Positions 1-12,535 of a DNA stretch of 64,000 nt are shown piece after piece (the first letter of the stretch is position 1; each line of letters starts with the position of its first letter). The position numbers and the translations under genes are program-made. Source of the stretch: Hydrolagus colliei (taxonomy: Eukaryota); NCBI GenBank assembly GCA_035084275.1, contig CM068759.1, forward strand, positions 1,426,001 to 1,490,000, given 5' to 3'. The notes under the pieces are model-generated. The model had not been told where the DNA came from. It was given only the letters and a program-made list of their open reading frames with translations, and did no database searches.

Positions 1-2837
1 AAACTCCTACCATAAATTTCAATCCTGGATTCGAATTACAAACATAATGTACTTGGAAACATTTCAGCTGTGTTTAACTGTAAACACCTCATCTTTATTC
101 ACTTGTATGTGATAACTTGCAGGTAACTTCACAAACGTGAACGTAGGTACGAACAAAATAATCCAAATTACTGTACTTCAGATTATGCAAAAATCCAATG
201 CACACTATGTAACCGAAAATATTGTTAAAAGTATTTAAAGATGTGTATTGAAATGTATCTAAATTTCTAAGGATGGCGTATTGAAATACCTAGTAAATAT
301 GTATTTTTATGGGGGAGGGAAATAGAAATTTCGCTGAATTTTATTTGAAGCAAAGGCCATCTTCTCCCGCTTCACTTTGAGGGAAGAGAAACATGATAAT
401 TTAAGCGGTATGTGGAATGCAGAAGATTAGTGTTCCCTATATTTGAATACTTTTTGGAAATTGTCAGGCAAGAGGGATGGTGTGTCTATTACCAAATAAG
501 TGCCTATGGCCCACTCTAAATCAGCAGACAACTAAATGTCACTATAGGTGGTGGAGGATTCTCCCACGCTGATGTTCCTACCTCAGTAGCAGGAGTCATC
601 AATTGAAGTTATTTCTGCAGAATGCCAGTCTGCTGGTCCTAAAAAGGAAATTTCAATTAATGACTGTTCCTCACATTGTGTGTGTGTGAAGGAGGGGGGT
701 GGGGGTGGTCTTCCGTATAAAATGCTACGTGAATATTTATGGTTCCCCTTATCGACTCTCTCCAGTAGTAATGTTTCTCTTATGTGTCTTTGGAGTTTAA
801 CTCGTTTGGATAATATTACATAACTGATGGCCATTGTAAGTGTCCACCACGGTCTGGTGAAAATTTCCTTGCACTTTGAAACAGTAGTTTGATAATTTCA
901 AGTGCAGGCAGTTGATAATTCGAGCACTAAAATCTGTTAGTTTTTCTTAACCATCAAAGTGACCACTTTAGGGTGATACAATGTCTTGTACTGCTACTTT
1001 TAAACTTAGCCACGTGAGAGACATGCAGTTGTGCTGTTTCTTTTGGCCTGGCTGACGGTTCAAGTCATTAAAAACAGTGCAAGTTTCACTTGCCAAACAG
1101 TGGCTAATTCAGTTTAAAACGTTTTGGTTTAGTGGCCAAAGTTTCGTAACCTTTTAAGTATTCATTCGCAGAAACCAAACTCTTTCATGGCTGGCAGTAA
1201 CAGTAACTGTATTTTGATACATGTATATTTAGTGGTTCATTGGTGTTTTGAAAGTTTAAATCTTTATATTCAAATACTGTACATATTTACGTTTAACTTA
1301 TTTTGGCTTGTTGCTTGTAAAGCAAAAATATTCCTGTAGCAGAGGTAGCAAATCAGCAGTGAGGAATATTAGTTTAGAGGATTTGCCATAATCTACTGTA
1401 CAATATTAGACTACTATATTTTAGTCATTTCAATTTGATAATTTTTTTTAATAGAATGTGAGACTTAAACTCAAAAGTTTGTGATTAAATTTCAAATGAT
1501 ATTCACTTTCGTTTGCCCACGACATCTGTATGGAAACAGGAACAAAAGAAAAAAATATATATGAACAAAAAGAAGGTAATATTAAGATACCAGTCTGGCC
1601 TGAATAGGATAGGGCTATTTTTGTACCATTCTTAACTGACTTCAAATCCTTTGGCTATATCAAAGCCTTGGTATTTTAATTAAATGAATTTAGCTGAATA
1701 AATAACTTAATTCCAATTTTTTTTAAAACATGGAATTTCTTTGAACTGGTATAAACTGTAAATACACTGGCATATCAGCATTAGAATACTTAATTTTTAA
1801 GATATAATTGATCTTACACTGTCTTTAATTTTTAATCCAATAGTACTTCCTTACAGATTTTATTAGATTATTTTATCTCATTCGATATAAATGTTTGCCC
1901 ATGTTTCAACCTGGGATGCTGGAAAAAGTATTCGTGTATTCATTAGCCGAGCTTTTAAGTTTAATTAAAGTTTTGTTCTCTATGCTTATTGTTATCATTG
2001 TAATTACTTCCTTCAGAATTTGTTCCAAAATCAGACCATTTCCTAGCAGTAAATTGGTATAGCTCAGTGCCACCAAGTTAGTGAACTTAGGCCAGGCAAT
2101 TTTTGCCCACATGTATAACTGGGTTTCTTTTGTTGCTGCATTGATATTTTTGGGGGATTTTAAGTATGTGCCCACCTTCCTTATAGAACAAAATGCAAAA
2201 TCTATCATACAGTAGTAGGCCATTCCATCTTTTTTTTGTAGTTTTTGCTTTCATCTGCATGACTGTCTTATCTGCTGGCAGTCGCTGTGGTTTGCCCCGT
2301 TATTTGGCAAATTGTTGCTCTGGCTGGGTTATAAAGACAGGGGCATTAACATGGCATGTGAAAATATCTATGCCCTGGATTGTTCTAACTGAGGAGAAAA
2401 ACCTTGACAAGGGATCCTAAATTTGTGGGTCGGAGAGCTAATTAAAAAAATTGGATGGGTTCAAATGGTTTAAAGGTATTAAATGTATTGAATGTCACAG
2501 CTCCCCACTATTGGAGATTTAATTATAAATCACATTGGTCTGATATAATATTTCTTTTCTAAACCCATAACTACAAATACATGATCCACCTGATTCAGCC
2601 TTTTATTTGACAGATTTTGTTTCTAAGCATTGTAATGGGTGTATACAGAAAATGTGTTCAAGTAAAGTATTTGTGAGAGTATAGTTAAATTACTTGCACA
2701 ATGGGGATTGCTGATTTAAAGATACCAGGGAGATATTTTCATTGAATAGTCCTTTTGGTGGATGAGATTTAAGTTACTTGTCATAATACACATTGTGAAA
2801 TATCAAATGGACATGCCTTTTTGTTTCAACCTTCTAG

Positions 2838-2877
2838 GACAAAGTTTCTCTGCCAGTGGCTACTCATTATTTACAAG
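2838..2877 (+). other. Candidate 40-nt alternative cassette exon of YTHDF1
   Basis: Acceptor TTTTTGTTTCAACCTTCTAG|G and donor AAG|GTAAAT. Open in phase 0 (DKVSLPVATHYLQ). Motif evidence only. Confidence 0.35.
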
Positions 2878-3789
2878 GTAAATATGATGAAAAATGTAAT
2901 TAAAAGACGTTCTAGATTTCAGAAGCTTACCCTCTTAGGATTTGTAATCCAGATTTAGAATAATAGAAGCCGATCCTACTCAGACCAGACTGGTATCTTG
3001 TGGCAGACATCTATATGTCTGTCTGTCTGGCTTTAAGCTTGGCCCCTCTTACATTTCTCTATTTCCCTTTACTCTTGACCATACTTAAATAAATTAAAAG
3101 AGTGGTCGTCAGTTATTTTAAGGAAAGCCACGTGTTGTATAGCTTCCATAGAAAAATAGTATAAGTATAAAACCCATCACAAAGTTTGGTAAATGTATTC
3201 TCTTTTTATAAAAATCAATTAACTGCATACTTTAATGTGAGCGTACACTTGTGAACTGAAATGGTGCTACATTAAAAATGAGAGGAGCTCTCAACAACAT
3301 CACACTGGGTGTGAGGCAGATCATAGCTTTCTCTCCTACATTGTGTTTTCATGATGTATGTTGGAGACTGTATTTGGAAAGGAGAAATATTACCATAATT
3401 TAGTGAGGGATTGATGGGGATCAAGCAGCACATTACCAGGCATAATTCTTGTTAATCAATGTTGCGTATCTTAAGGGAAAAATTGAGACGGGGAAGGTGC
3501 ACGTCTTCTAAAAATGGAGATGGAAGTTAAAATGTTCCTATTTATTTTAATACTTGGGTTACAAAAAAATCTATAGATGCCCATTTAATTTTTTTAAAAT
3601 CAATAATAAAATTTTCTGTTTTGTTTACTCCATAAAATTGGTATCCATCTGAAGTCAGCTTGCCCTGTGAGGGAAGTTTGGGGTAATTCATTTCATTAAG
3701 AATACATTACACAACTTGCCTCTTTTCTGTACTTATATTGTAAATGCATTTTGAAGTTCTAGCATTGAAAATCGGGTTAATTGCAGAAA

Positions 3790-3885
3790 GGCTTTCAATC
3801 TCTGCCATCCTTTCTGGTAACCAATTTCAATGTTGATTACCCTTCTGTGTAAATAATTACTTCCGGCTGTCTATTTTAAAATTAC
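3790..3885 (-). mobile_element. Decayed CR1-type LINE ORF2 C-terminal fragment
   Basis: The reverse complement resembles the CR1 FF..RV...WN.LP region seen in better copies at 40410 and 47195. Confidence 0.4.
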
Positions 3886-4882
3886 TCATAACAATCTTAC
3901 CCTGTCTTGGAGACTTGATGTATCTTAATGTGTAGCTATGATTCTCTGAACTGTCTTTTGCATGCGTTCCATTATCTTGCTCCTCTTTTAGCCTTGTGTC
4001 CCATCAGCCAAACTTTAGCTCTTATCCTGTTTGTTTTCTTGGGTAAAATCTTAAATTATAAAACTTAAAATCTTTACATGTTGATCCTTTTTGTTGATGT
4101 GGATTACCTCTTTAGTGATGTACAGTGGTGTGGGGCCAAGACAGACACTGAAAAATGGTTCGTAGTTTGTGTCTTCGTGTCAGTGAAAAAACGTCAGCGT
4201 TTAGTTGCTTAATATACTCCCCTCCCGTACAAAATGGTTTAGAAATGAATGAAGTTAGAAAACTTGGTGAAAACTTTCTAAATTGTTTTATGCTGGGCAA
4301 AAAGAACTGGAGAGGGAACTGCGATTGAATGTTACAGTAGTGTATAACATTGCAAAAAGGAAGGGCTCCTGGTGTGGTGGATGACTTGCTATTTCCTTAC
4401 AAGGCCCAACACGCTGGAACCATCACAGCAAGATGATTACTCACAGTGTCTCATTTCCCATAATTTATACTTCTAAATCGGTGAATTGAAAGTCACTCTT
4501 AAGGAATATAGTTGTTTCCCGATGATTCACTGGTCACTGACAGCCCAAGTCTCAAATCTTAACGAAAATCTTTTTTCAATGAAAATTAGTATTCCTTGTG
4601 TCTGTAAATCAGATGCTTTGCATGTCAGGTGAAGTGTTTGATCTGAAGACTTGGATTTAGTTCTAAATACACCACACTTGTGATCGTAAATAATGTTTTA
4701 ATGGTTTTAATGGTCATTTTATCAAATTAAAACTGAGAATTTTTTTCAATACAAAAAAGATTTTGTGCAAACTTGTTTGAGGATCTGAAAAGGGTGGTTG
4801 ACGGTTACTTTATGGATGATTGCTTTGATTTATTTTTGTTGTTGGAAAATTGACATGTTTTAACCTTTCTCTTTCTCCGCAG

Positions 4883-4906
4883 GAGCGCCTGAATCGAAAC
4901 AAATGA
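4883..4906 (+). CDS. YTHDF1: Last coding exon of YTH-domain m6A reader (ERLNRNK*)
   Basis: GAG CGC CTG AAT CGA AAC AAA TGA (TAA) directly after a strong acceptor. Resembles the recalled terminal mini-exons of YTHDF1 (ERQSRNKQ), YTHDF3 (ERNRNKQ) and YTHDF2 (ERQGRGK). Paralogue chosen from convergent synteny with miR-124 and recalled 3'UTR similarity. Confidence 0.82.
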   Translation, partial: ERLNRNK

Positions 4907-5955
4907 TAAGAAAACATTTGACTTGATGAACTAACAAAACTGGTAACCTGATGTTGTGATCCAGCATCAGAACACAAAAAAAATCAAAGCTTTCTGCTCC
5001 AGTGATATCTTTATGTGCAGGGGAATTAAGCTACATCACGTTTTTAGTACACTTTTTTTTCTCTCTTTTTTTTGCCCAGACCGGTCTGCATTTTGTTTGT
5101 AATTTTGCACCTAAATGCTGTAGCAGTCACTGGTAACTTCTGTTACACTGAAGCTTTAGCCTGCATTTGTTTAGCAATCCTGTGAAGATGAGCTCTTCAT
5201 GCTCCTTTGATGGGAAATATTACTGCATCAGCCTTATGTAGTTTTGGATGATGTGATGCTTTCAACGTTACTAGTTTTTGGTGATAATATGTGTGTTAAC
5301 TTTGAGCTTTCTGGTGTTCTTTTCGAGTCGCTGTTAATTTACATTCTTTCATGAAAATCCCAAGGCCATTTTTTTCCTTCTGTAAAGCTGAGCTTTAATG
5401 TAGGGGCAAATAGTGAAAATGATGGTTCATGTCTCAAATATAAAAATTGATGCAAACGTCTCTTGATTCTTCTGGGATGAAATGTTTTGATTGTTTTTTC
5501 TGTCTGAAAGCTGTACTTTGCTGTACTGTATGTCTGTGGAATGAGGGAACCATTGAAATTGCTACCGACTGGATAAAGCATGAAACGGTGCTCATGCCTG
5601 TTGCTTTAGTACACAGAAACTTGCACGTGTTTGTTGTAGAGGAACTTTACTATCGTTAGAAAGCAAACAATTAACTCTTCTGAACCTAGTTACAAAAATG
5701 GACCTCAACTTTAAAAAAAAATAAACTTATCATTTAGACTTATATTTAGACAATTTTAGTTATGTCTATGAAATATTGCCTGTAAGGTAAATGAACATCA
5801 TTGGGTTGATTTTCTTTCCTCTAGGAGAATACAAGCCTTAATAAACAATATCTATTTAGCAAGCACAAGTGATCTGTTTTTTAATGGTTATGTTCATTTT
5901 CATCTTTGCATTGATGTGGCAATAAACAAAATAAAACATTTTCATGCAAAATTTA
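4907..5955 (+). other. YTHDF1: YTHDF1 3'UTR (~1 kb)
   Basis: Repeat-free and U-rich. Blocks GCTCCAGTG, TTTTGCCCAGA..TCTGCATTT and CTGTAG.AGTCACT resemble the human YTHDF1 UTR as recalled. Contains a miR-101 8mer GTACTGTA (5523-5530) and a miR-19 7mer TTTGCAC (5104-5110). Confidence 0.72.
5921..5935 (+). terminator. Tandem polyadenylation signals
   Basis: AATAAA at 5921-5926 and 5930-5935, with further AATAAA at 5720 and 5840. Confidence 0.65.
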
Positions 5956-6484
5956 CAATGGAGAGGTACTGCCGGCGCCATGTATGAATTGTATTGAGTC
6001 ATTAGTGCTTCCAACCTTTTATTTAAAAGCCTTTCAGAGTTGCAAGCCTGAGACTTCTTTCATTGGACAGTACTTTGGTAAAGTGTCCCATCAGAGAAAC
6101 ATCCATTGCTAACCCAGGGGTAAGATTTATAAATTGTTTCTTTATTTGATTCTTGTTTGAGACTTAATACTTTTTCTAATCTATTAATTCAGAACTGCTC
6201 CAAATCTAAGTATCGATGTCCTGTTATTCAATTGTTCCTGTCCTCTGCTTGTGTTGTTGTGAAAACAAGCCGGAATACTACAGTCATTCTTCCAATAATA
6301 AATAAAGATGGTGGGGGGACTCCTGTGTTACTATTATTTTCAATGCCTCTAATTAACTAAGTTGCTGTTACTATTTTGAAGGGATGACATTTATTTTCGA
6401 GTTGGACATCCAATTGCATTTGTGATGTTTAAATCTAATTTTTTTAAAAGAAAAATACAGCGTGGAATTCCAGATTTACAAGCC

Positions 6485-6775
6485 AACAACAATAACAAAC
6501 TGCATTTAACGAGTGCCCTTTATATCGGGAGGATGTCCCAAGGTGAGGGCTTGTGTCTGAGCTGCAGGTTGGTTTTGGGGATGTGTGAGGGCAGGGGTAC
6601 AGGAGGTTGACCATGGTCAGAGAGGAAGGTATTGACATGGATTTTGAAAGAGTTAAGATAAGGGAACTCTAGGAGTTCCAGAGAGTGGGGACAGATAGAC
6701 TGTAAGGGTGGGTTGGTTGGTGGATATGATGAGGTAGTACCACTGAGCAGAGCAGGTGGTTAGATTGGTAAGGTG
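6485..6775 (-). mobile_element. L2-clade LINE 3' end
   Basis: (CAA)n tail and GGGAGGATGTCCCAAGG terminal motif shared with copies at 41977 and 44740. Confidence 0.75.
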
Positions 6776-9250
6776 AATCCCCAATTCTTGTACTATTGGG
6801 GCCTACTGACCATGTATTTATTTTTCAGAGGTAATGCACAGTAGAGATTTCCTGTGAACCCTAGACAATGCCACAACTGATTTCAAAATATAATGTTAGG
6901 TGTTTAACTTCTACTTTTATATTTGCTGTGTCTTCTATATGCCTTTTATTTACTCTTTTAAGTACATTTCCCTGAATTTACCGCTATAAGGGAGCCGGAT
7001 TTCATGTTCAGAAAAATTAGTTTTTAGCTGAAAATTATCTCCAGAATCTGTGGCCTCATTGTGATTACTCCATTCAATTCATCAAGTTTTTAAGGACTAC
7101 AGTACCAGGCACTCCAAATGCTCAGTTAAATCGCAGTCCAGGAAAGTGAATCGATTGTGGTATTGGATAGTCCAAGGGTTAACTGTGGGTCAATGTAGAA
7201 ATAACTGATGTGGCATTCATGGCTGCCAGCATACCCAAACTTCCCCATTTGTGGGTGAAGACCTATGTGAAGGAATGATGCGTGCAGTTAGATGTTCGGA
7301 CAAATGTGTCAAAAAAAACTTCCCTTTTATTGTTTCAAAATTGTAAATGGAACCTCAGAAATAGTCATGTAAAGATGGGGAAATGACTATCACGTCTCTG
7401 TAAGCAATGTGAATTTTGGAAAACTTGAGAACAAATTCTTGTAAAAACAACAACAGCTGGTCGAGTGAAATAGCCGGAAAATGGCTCCAGTTTTTTATTT
7501 TAAAAAGTGATTTTTCTCCCCACTCTCTAACCCCCACTTATTATCCTGGTTCTCATTTACTGCTTTTTTTTTACTGGTAAAATATTGCAAATTTACTTGT
7601 ATTTTCATCTATGTTGTTATCTTAATCTGGACGCATTTAAAAAAAAAAATCCCAGTGCGAGCAATACTATTTTTTGTCAGGTTCCTTGGGTAATAAATTT
7701 ATAATGCATATCATTAATATGGTCTCCTCTCCCTGTTATCCTGGCTTGCATTACCCGTCACATCCAAATGAATTGGCTGCTCGGTTCTTTATTAATAATG
7801 GGTTATTGCTGATGCAGAGTGTGGTTGCCTACATAATGCTCACTTCATTTCTAATCAATTGTAAGGACCTCTGAAAAGCGCTATATAAATAGATATTAAT
7901 TAATAAGTTTTGATCCAGGAACTCTACTTAAATTTCTCACCAAATCTTTTTTTAAAAAAAGAATTGAATAATCTTTTATTTATAGACTTGTATGGCATGT
8001 AATTTTGAAAATTGGAAGTGATTTTAACTGTAATGAAATTACGGCTTTAAAGCTATTGTAAAGTGTGTCATAAGGCAGCCATCAAATGTCATAACCTTGG
8101 TTAAATTTGAAATTGCTGCCTCACTGTGGTTTAAAGATTCTGAAACCCTTTTCTTTCTTTCTGTGTGTGTGTGTGTGATCTATTGGTTTCTGCTATTGTA
8201 AACTTTGAGTCATGACGTGAAAGGAAATGAGAAAATCAGATTGACTCTGATATCAAGGGTGATATCATCCCAAATTACACCCACTGTACGTCAAAGCAGC
8301 AAATGAACCGCAAATTATGCTGCTTCAAAACTCGCACACAGGGCTTTTAAGCTGAAAGTGGCTTGCTTAAGGTTCCTTTTAAATATGCAAACTGAACAAT
8401 AGTGTCTCGTAAGCAGCGTTTGTAATTTTAATTTTTGAAAGTACAGATCAAATTCTACTTCAACAACGAGTACTGCATTAAAATTTTCCATCAGCGGAGT
8501 CCCAGGAATATTGGTATCTGGCAAATGCGAAATCCTTCTGCTTGCCTTTTAACATTCACTTAATTTCTTGATATATTTTGCCGGCTTTGGGAATAGACAT
8601 TTGCTGATGCTTGGGCAGACCAGCTGGGAATGAGGGAGTTTGAAGACTAGGAATTTCTCTCGGTGGAGACTTGTGGCTTCCTTATTTTGCTTGTTTGGCC
8701 ACGGATCATTGGTTTTAAAAAGGTGTGCTCTGCCTTGGGTTTAGATGATTTCGAAATGAACGAAATCAGGTCAGTCAACCTCTAGAGGCATTAAAGCGTC
8801 TACACAGCATTACAGCGTTGTAATTACTTTGCAGTGATAGCATCTATTCTCTCCATTTTGTAGTCGCTGTGCAACAAATGTAATCAAATATGGTGTGATA
8901 ATGTGGTCAGCATGAGAACAGCATGATCTTCATCATGCCAAAATAAACATTAGCTCAGGCATTTAGTTCTGTCTAGTAGGAGAGAATGCAAGCAGTCAAA
9001 TGTGCATCCTATAAGGGTTTGGGAGGGAGCTGGCTTGTTTTTGTTGAAAGGGGAAATACCTTTCTGAACCAGCGGAAAGGTTTTCTTTTCAACATTTTAA
9101 AACATGTTTTAAGTTTTTTTTTAAAAGGTTGAATTCATTTAAAACAATTTTGGGCGGAAAATTGAGAATGTAGTTTATTTTGAAATGCAATTCAATGCAT
9201 TTTTCAAAAGTGCAGTACCAATTAACAAAAATCTCAAATTAATATCTTGT

Positions 9251-9559
9251 AATATAATACTCATTTCATTTGATATAGCGCCTAAAAAAAACGTCTTCTA
9301 GATGTCTCAAAGTGCTTCATAGAGTGTACTGTACATTGTATATTTGTGGGCAAAACACGGCAGCCAATTGCACACAGCAGCGTCCCTACAAACAATCATG
9401 GATTGAAATGACCAATTGTGTTTTTTTTGGTGGAGGGATTATTATTAGGCGTGTGGAGTAAGGAAACTTGCCCAAGGTTTCGCCCTGACCTGCCTGGATT
9501 TGAACACAGGTCTCACGCTTATAAGGCGAGTGCTCTAACCACTGAGCTACAGGAGCTTC
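9251..9559 (-). mobile_element. Full-length tRNA-derived SINE (Deu-like body, L2-like tail)
   Basis: Reverse strand has A box TAGCTCAGTGG, B box GTTCAAATCC, body GCTGCTGTGTGCAATTGGCTGCC and tail GCGCTATATCAAATG. Multi-copy in the window. Confidence 0.92.
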
Positions 9560-11864
9560 ACCTGCACTGCGTTCGCATCATTCAGTTTGCAAACGAAACA
9601 AATCGTGTAAAATGAACCACAGCTCCTGCCTACACTTATTTCTATTCCTGTGAGTTTGGTGGGGGGAATATAATGTAACCGGTGTGATGAGAGCCCAATA
9701 AAATTTGAATGTTGGAGCGTATCCTGTTGTTTGTTTCCATATCTCAGTGTGTGTGGGTGGTATTTCCTCAAGCACAAGCTCAAAGTGCTGATAATCAGTG
9801 CGAAAGTGCAAAGGATAGAGAAATAGGAAGGGTGGGACAGAAACTGGGTTGATGGGAGATCTGTATTAAAAGGCTTATGGAGCGTTATTGATTGTAATTT
9901 TGGTTGTTTGTGTTGTATCTAGAATGGTATATTCTTATTCATATTTTGAACGTGGGTTTTTGAATGGAAAGCAGTCAATTCTACTGAACGTTGTTTAGGA
10001 TAGAAATATGGCGGATTAAAATTGTGGTGCTCTTTCTGCATTGACTTACGTGGGTGGGGTGGGGGAAAAAAAAGACCAAACACAGGGTAAGCAGAGTGAT
10101 TCCTCTCAGAAGTGTTGACTTGTGGACTTTGAAAGGTATAGGCAAGGATGCAGGATGTCTATTCAGAGGTAAGATACTATGGTTGCATCACATAGAACCA
10201 CAGAAGTTATCACTGTTTCGACTCACTTCCTGGATTCTTCACAAATGCCTATTTTAATTATTTATTTTCCCAATTTCAACAATAGTCTTAAAACCTTCAG
10301 TGTTGGAATACAGATTGGTAGGGCTTGTCAACCATGGCAGTGGAATTGTCCAGGAAGCAGTTGGGTTCCTTGCTCTGGAAGATCCTGAAGTGTTGTTTCC
10401 TGAATCGAAGATGGCTTACATTTCGGCTTGGAGTTGTTACTTGACTGCTGCCTTCGTGTGACAGCCCACTTTTCATTTAATGTTTGTGTGAAATGAACTT
10501 ACCACTTTCAGAGACAGACATACATGAGAGAGAGATAGAGAGAGAGGAGAAGGGAATAGAGGAGTGTGGAGGAGGGATGTAAGTATAAATACTAAATGTT
10601 GGTCTGTTTTGGTATTGCAATGTTTTATACAATTTGTTTCCAGCAATGAGGAGGGATATTTTCCATAATTTGGCTTCCTGGTGAGCAAAGCCAGAAACAC
10701 TGATGATAAACTTAGTAAATATGGATTACTTTATTGATGAGTCAACATTACACATTATTCTGTTATAACGAAACCAACCTGCTTGAAGCTGTATATTGAG
10801 AGAGAAGACAGGGTAGACACAGATTAAATCGTGTTTTTTTAATGAAACATTGTTATACGGATACCAATTGTCACAGTATAATTGCAACACTCAGAATAGA
10901 CTGGGCTGATGTGCAAAGTAAAAAAAAAAGTTTAAAAATAACATGCAGTCGGAAAAACCAAACGAACCAATGGGGCAATTTGAAGATTGTTTATTGAAAC
11001 TTCATGAAAAATCTGATGTATTAACACATCTTTTTAAACCTGAATCCTTCAACGATTAAGAATTCCGTTCAGATTCTTGTTGCCACATCTTGGAGGAAAC
11101 TTCCTTAATTACTTGCAATAACTTACCAACGGACAAAAAGGAACCTCAAAAAACAACATGAATTGTTAACTAATGTCATCTTTTGCTCAGAAAATAAATT
11201 GAAGTAAAGGTATAATCTTTGTATTCACATTTTATGGATGATGGTATACTGTTAGATCATTGGTGTTTGGGTGTTGGTTCAAATACAGTCAGGTGGGATG
11301 GAAATCGATCTCTTTCACGGCTGGAAAGGTCCTAAGGAAATCTCAATGTGATTCCCTGATTCTCTCCCCACCTCCCCCACCCACCCCCCGGACCTTTAGT
11401 TTACAGCATAACAGGATAAATAAAGGTTCGAGAGAAACATTCATTTTACTTTCAGAGACTTGATGCCGTTGTCTTTACTGGGTTGTTGTTGGCAACTCTA
11501 ACCAAAATATTTCCCATTTCGAGTTCAGGCTGTATACAAATATAATTTTGTTGTTGTTATGATAACTAAACTGGGATTCCAAACTCAACTTGAGCTGATT
11601 GATGTATTGCATTCACCTAGGTACACTTAGGTATACCTCACCTGGTTTCCATTCAGACATTGGGTGCCAGCAGCAATGCTTCCATTGATGAAGGACAGGA
11701 ACAATGATGCGTAAATCTCCATCCGTGGATTAAAAACATTGGTGCTGAGGTACCACAAGCAAACATTAAAGTACAGTAGTTAAAGTGAGCGTACAGTATA
11801 TCTCCCATTAACACACAACCACTGATGCCTTCATGAACATGCAAGAAAAACTGAAACACATTGT

Positions 11865-12098
11865 AATATAATAATCCTTGTATTTGATATAGCGCCTTAT
11901 CCAGTGCCTTGGATGTCCTCCTGACGTGAAAGGCGCTCTAAAAATTTAATTTTGTTTGTCACGACTTCGAGATGCCTCAAAGCGCTTCACAGGATGCATT
12001 GCAAAGTATGGTGACTATATTTTGTAGGCGAAACATAGCAGCCCACAGCAGTGTCCCACAAACAGTCCTAGATTGAAGTGACCAAATTATTATTATTT
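11865..12098 (-). mobile_element. SINE 3' half, interrupted by an L2 tail
   Basis: The SINE consensus resumes after an insert at 11902-11959. Confidence 0.85.
11902..11959 (+). mobile_element. L2 3' tail nested inside a SINE
   Basis: CAGTGCCTTGGATGTCCTCCTGACGTGAAAGGCGCTCTA matches the L2 terminus at 44949-45010. Confidence 0.75.
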
Positions 12099-12365
12099 GT
12101 GGGGGAAGAGATGGAGAGAGAAAATGGATGACAACATAGAGAAAGAGGCTGATACAGAGAGCGCAAGAGGAGGGATATCTGAAAATTCTCAGCCTTAAGA
12201 CCAATTTGGCCCTAAAATTGGAATTGAATGATCCAGGAGTTGAAGTGGAATGTGTGTTGTTGGACTTGGAAGCACAACATTGTGATCCAGAAGTCCCACC
12301 AACTGAAACAGACCCTTGGATATGCCTCAGTTATGTCACATCACCTCCAGGCAACGGCTTGTTCC

Positions 12366-12535
12366 ATAGGAACATCTGATCAGGAGTAGGCCATTCAGCC
12401 CGTCAAACCTGTTCCGCCAGTTAGATTGTGACTGATCTGGAACTCTACTAACACTTTTAATTCCAATTTCCCGCTTTCTCCCAGTATCCCTTCATACCGT
12501 GACCCACCAAGCATTTATCAACTTCACCCTTGAAG
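12366..12535 (-). mobile_element. CR1-type LINE 3' end
   Basis: CAGGAGTAGGCCATTCAGCCC terminal motif, shared with 47195 and 52376. Confidence 0.75.

Larger units (their letters stand above)
1..4882 (+). other. YTHDF1: 3' part of the last intron of the YTHDF gene
   Basis: Ends in a pyrimidine tract plus CAG acceptor (CCTTTCTCTTTCTCCGCAG, AG at 4881-4882). The large YTH-domain exon is not in the window. Confidence 0.75.

Noticed and set aside
118-128. CAG|GTAACT as the donor of the YTH-domain exon
   Set aside because: The preceding 120 nt do not encode the expected acidic EEEE..RK end of that exon.
4883-4906. Assignment as YTHDF2 because the peptide ends at Lys
   Set aside because: The RNK ending, UTR blocks, miRNA loop length and convergent spacing fit YTHDF1 better. 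YTHDF2 is not fully excluded without the upstream exon.
4883-4990. DRACH motif cluster at the YTHDF1 stop codon suggesting m6A autoregulation
   Set aside because: DRACH is too frequent to be informative without mapping data.
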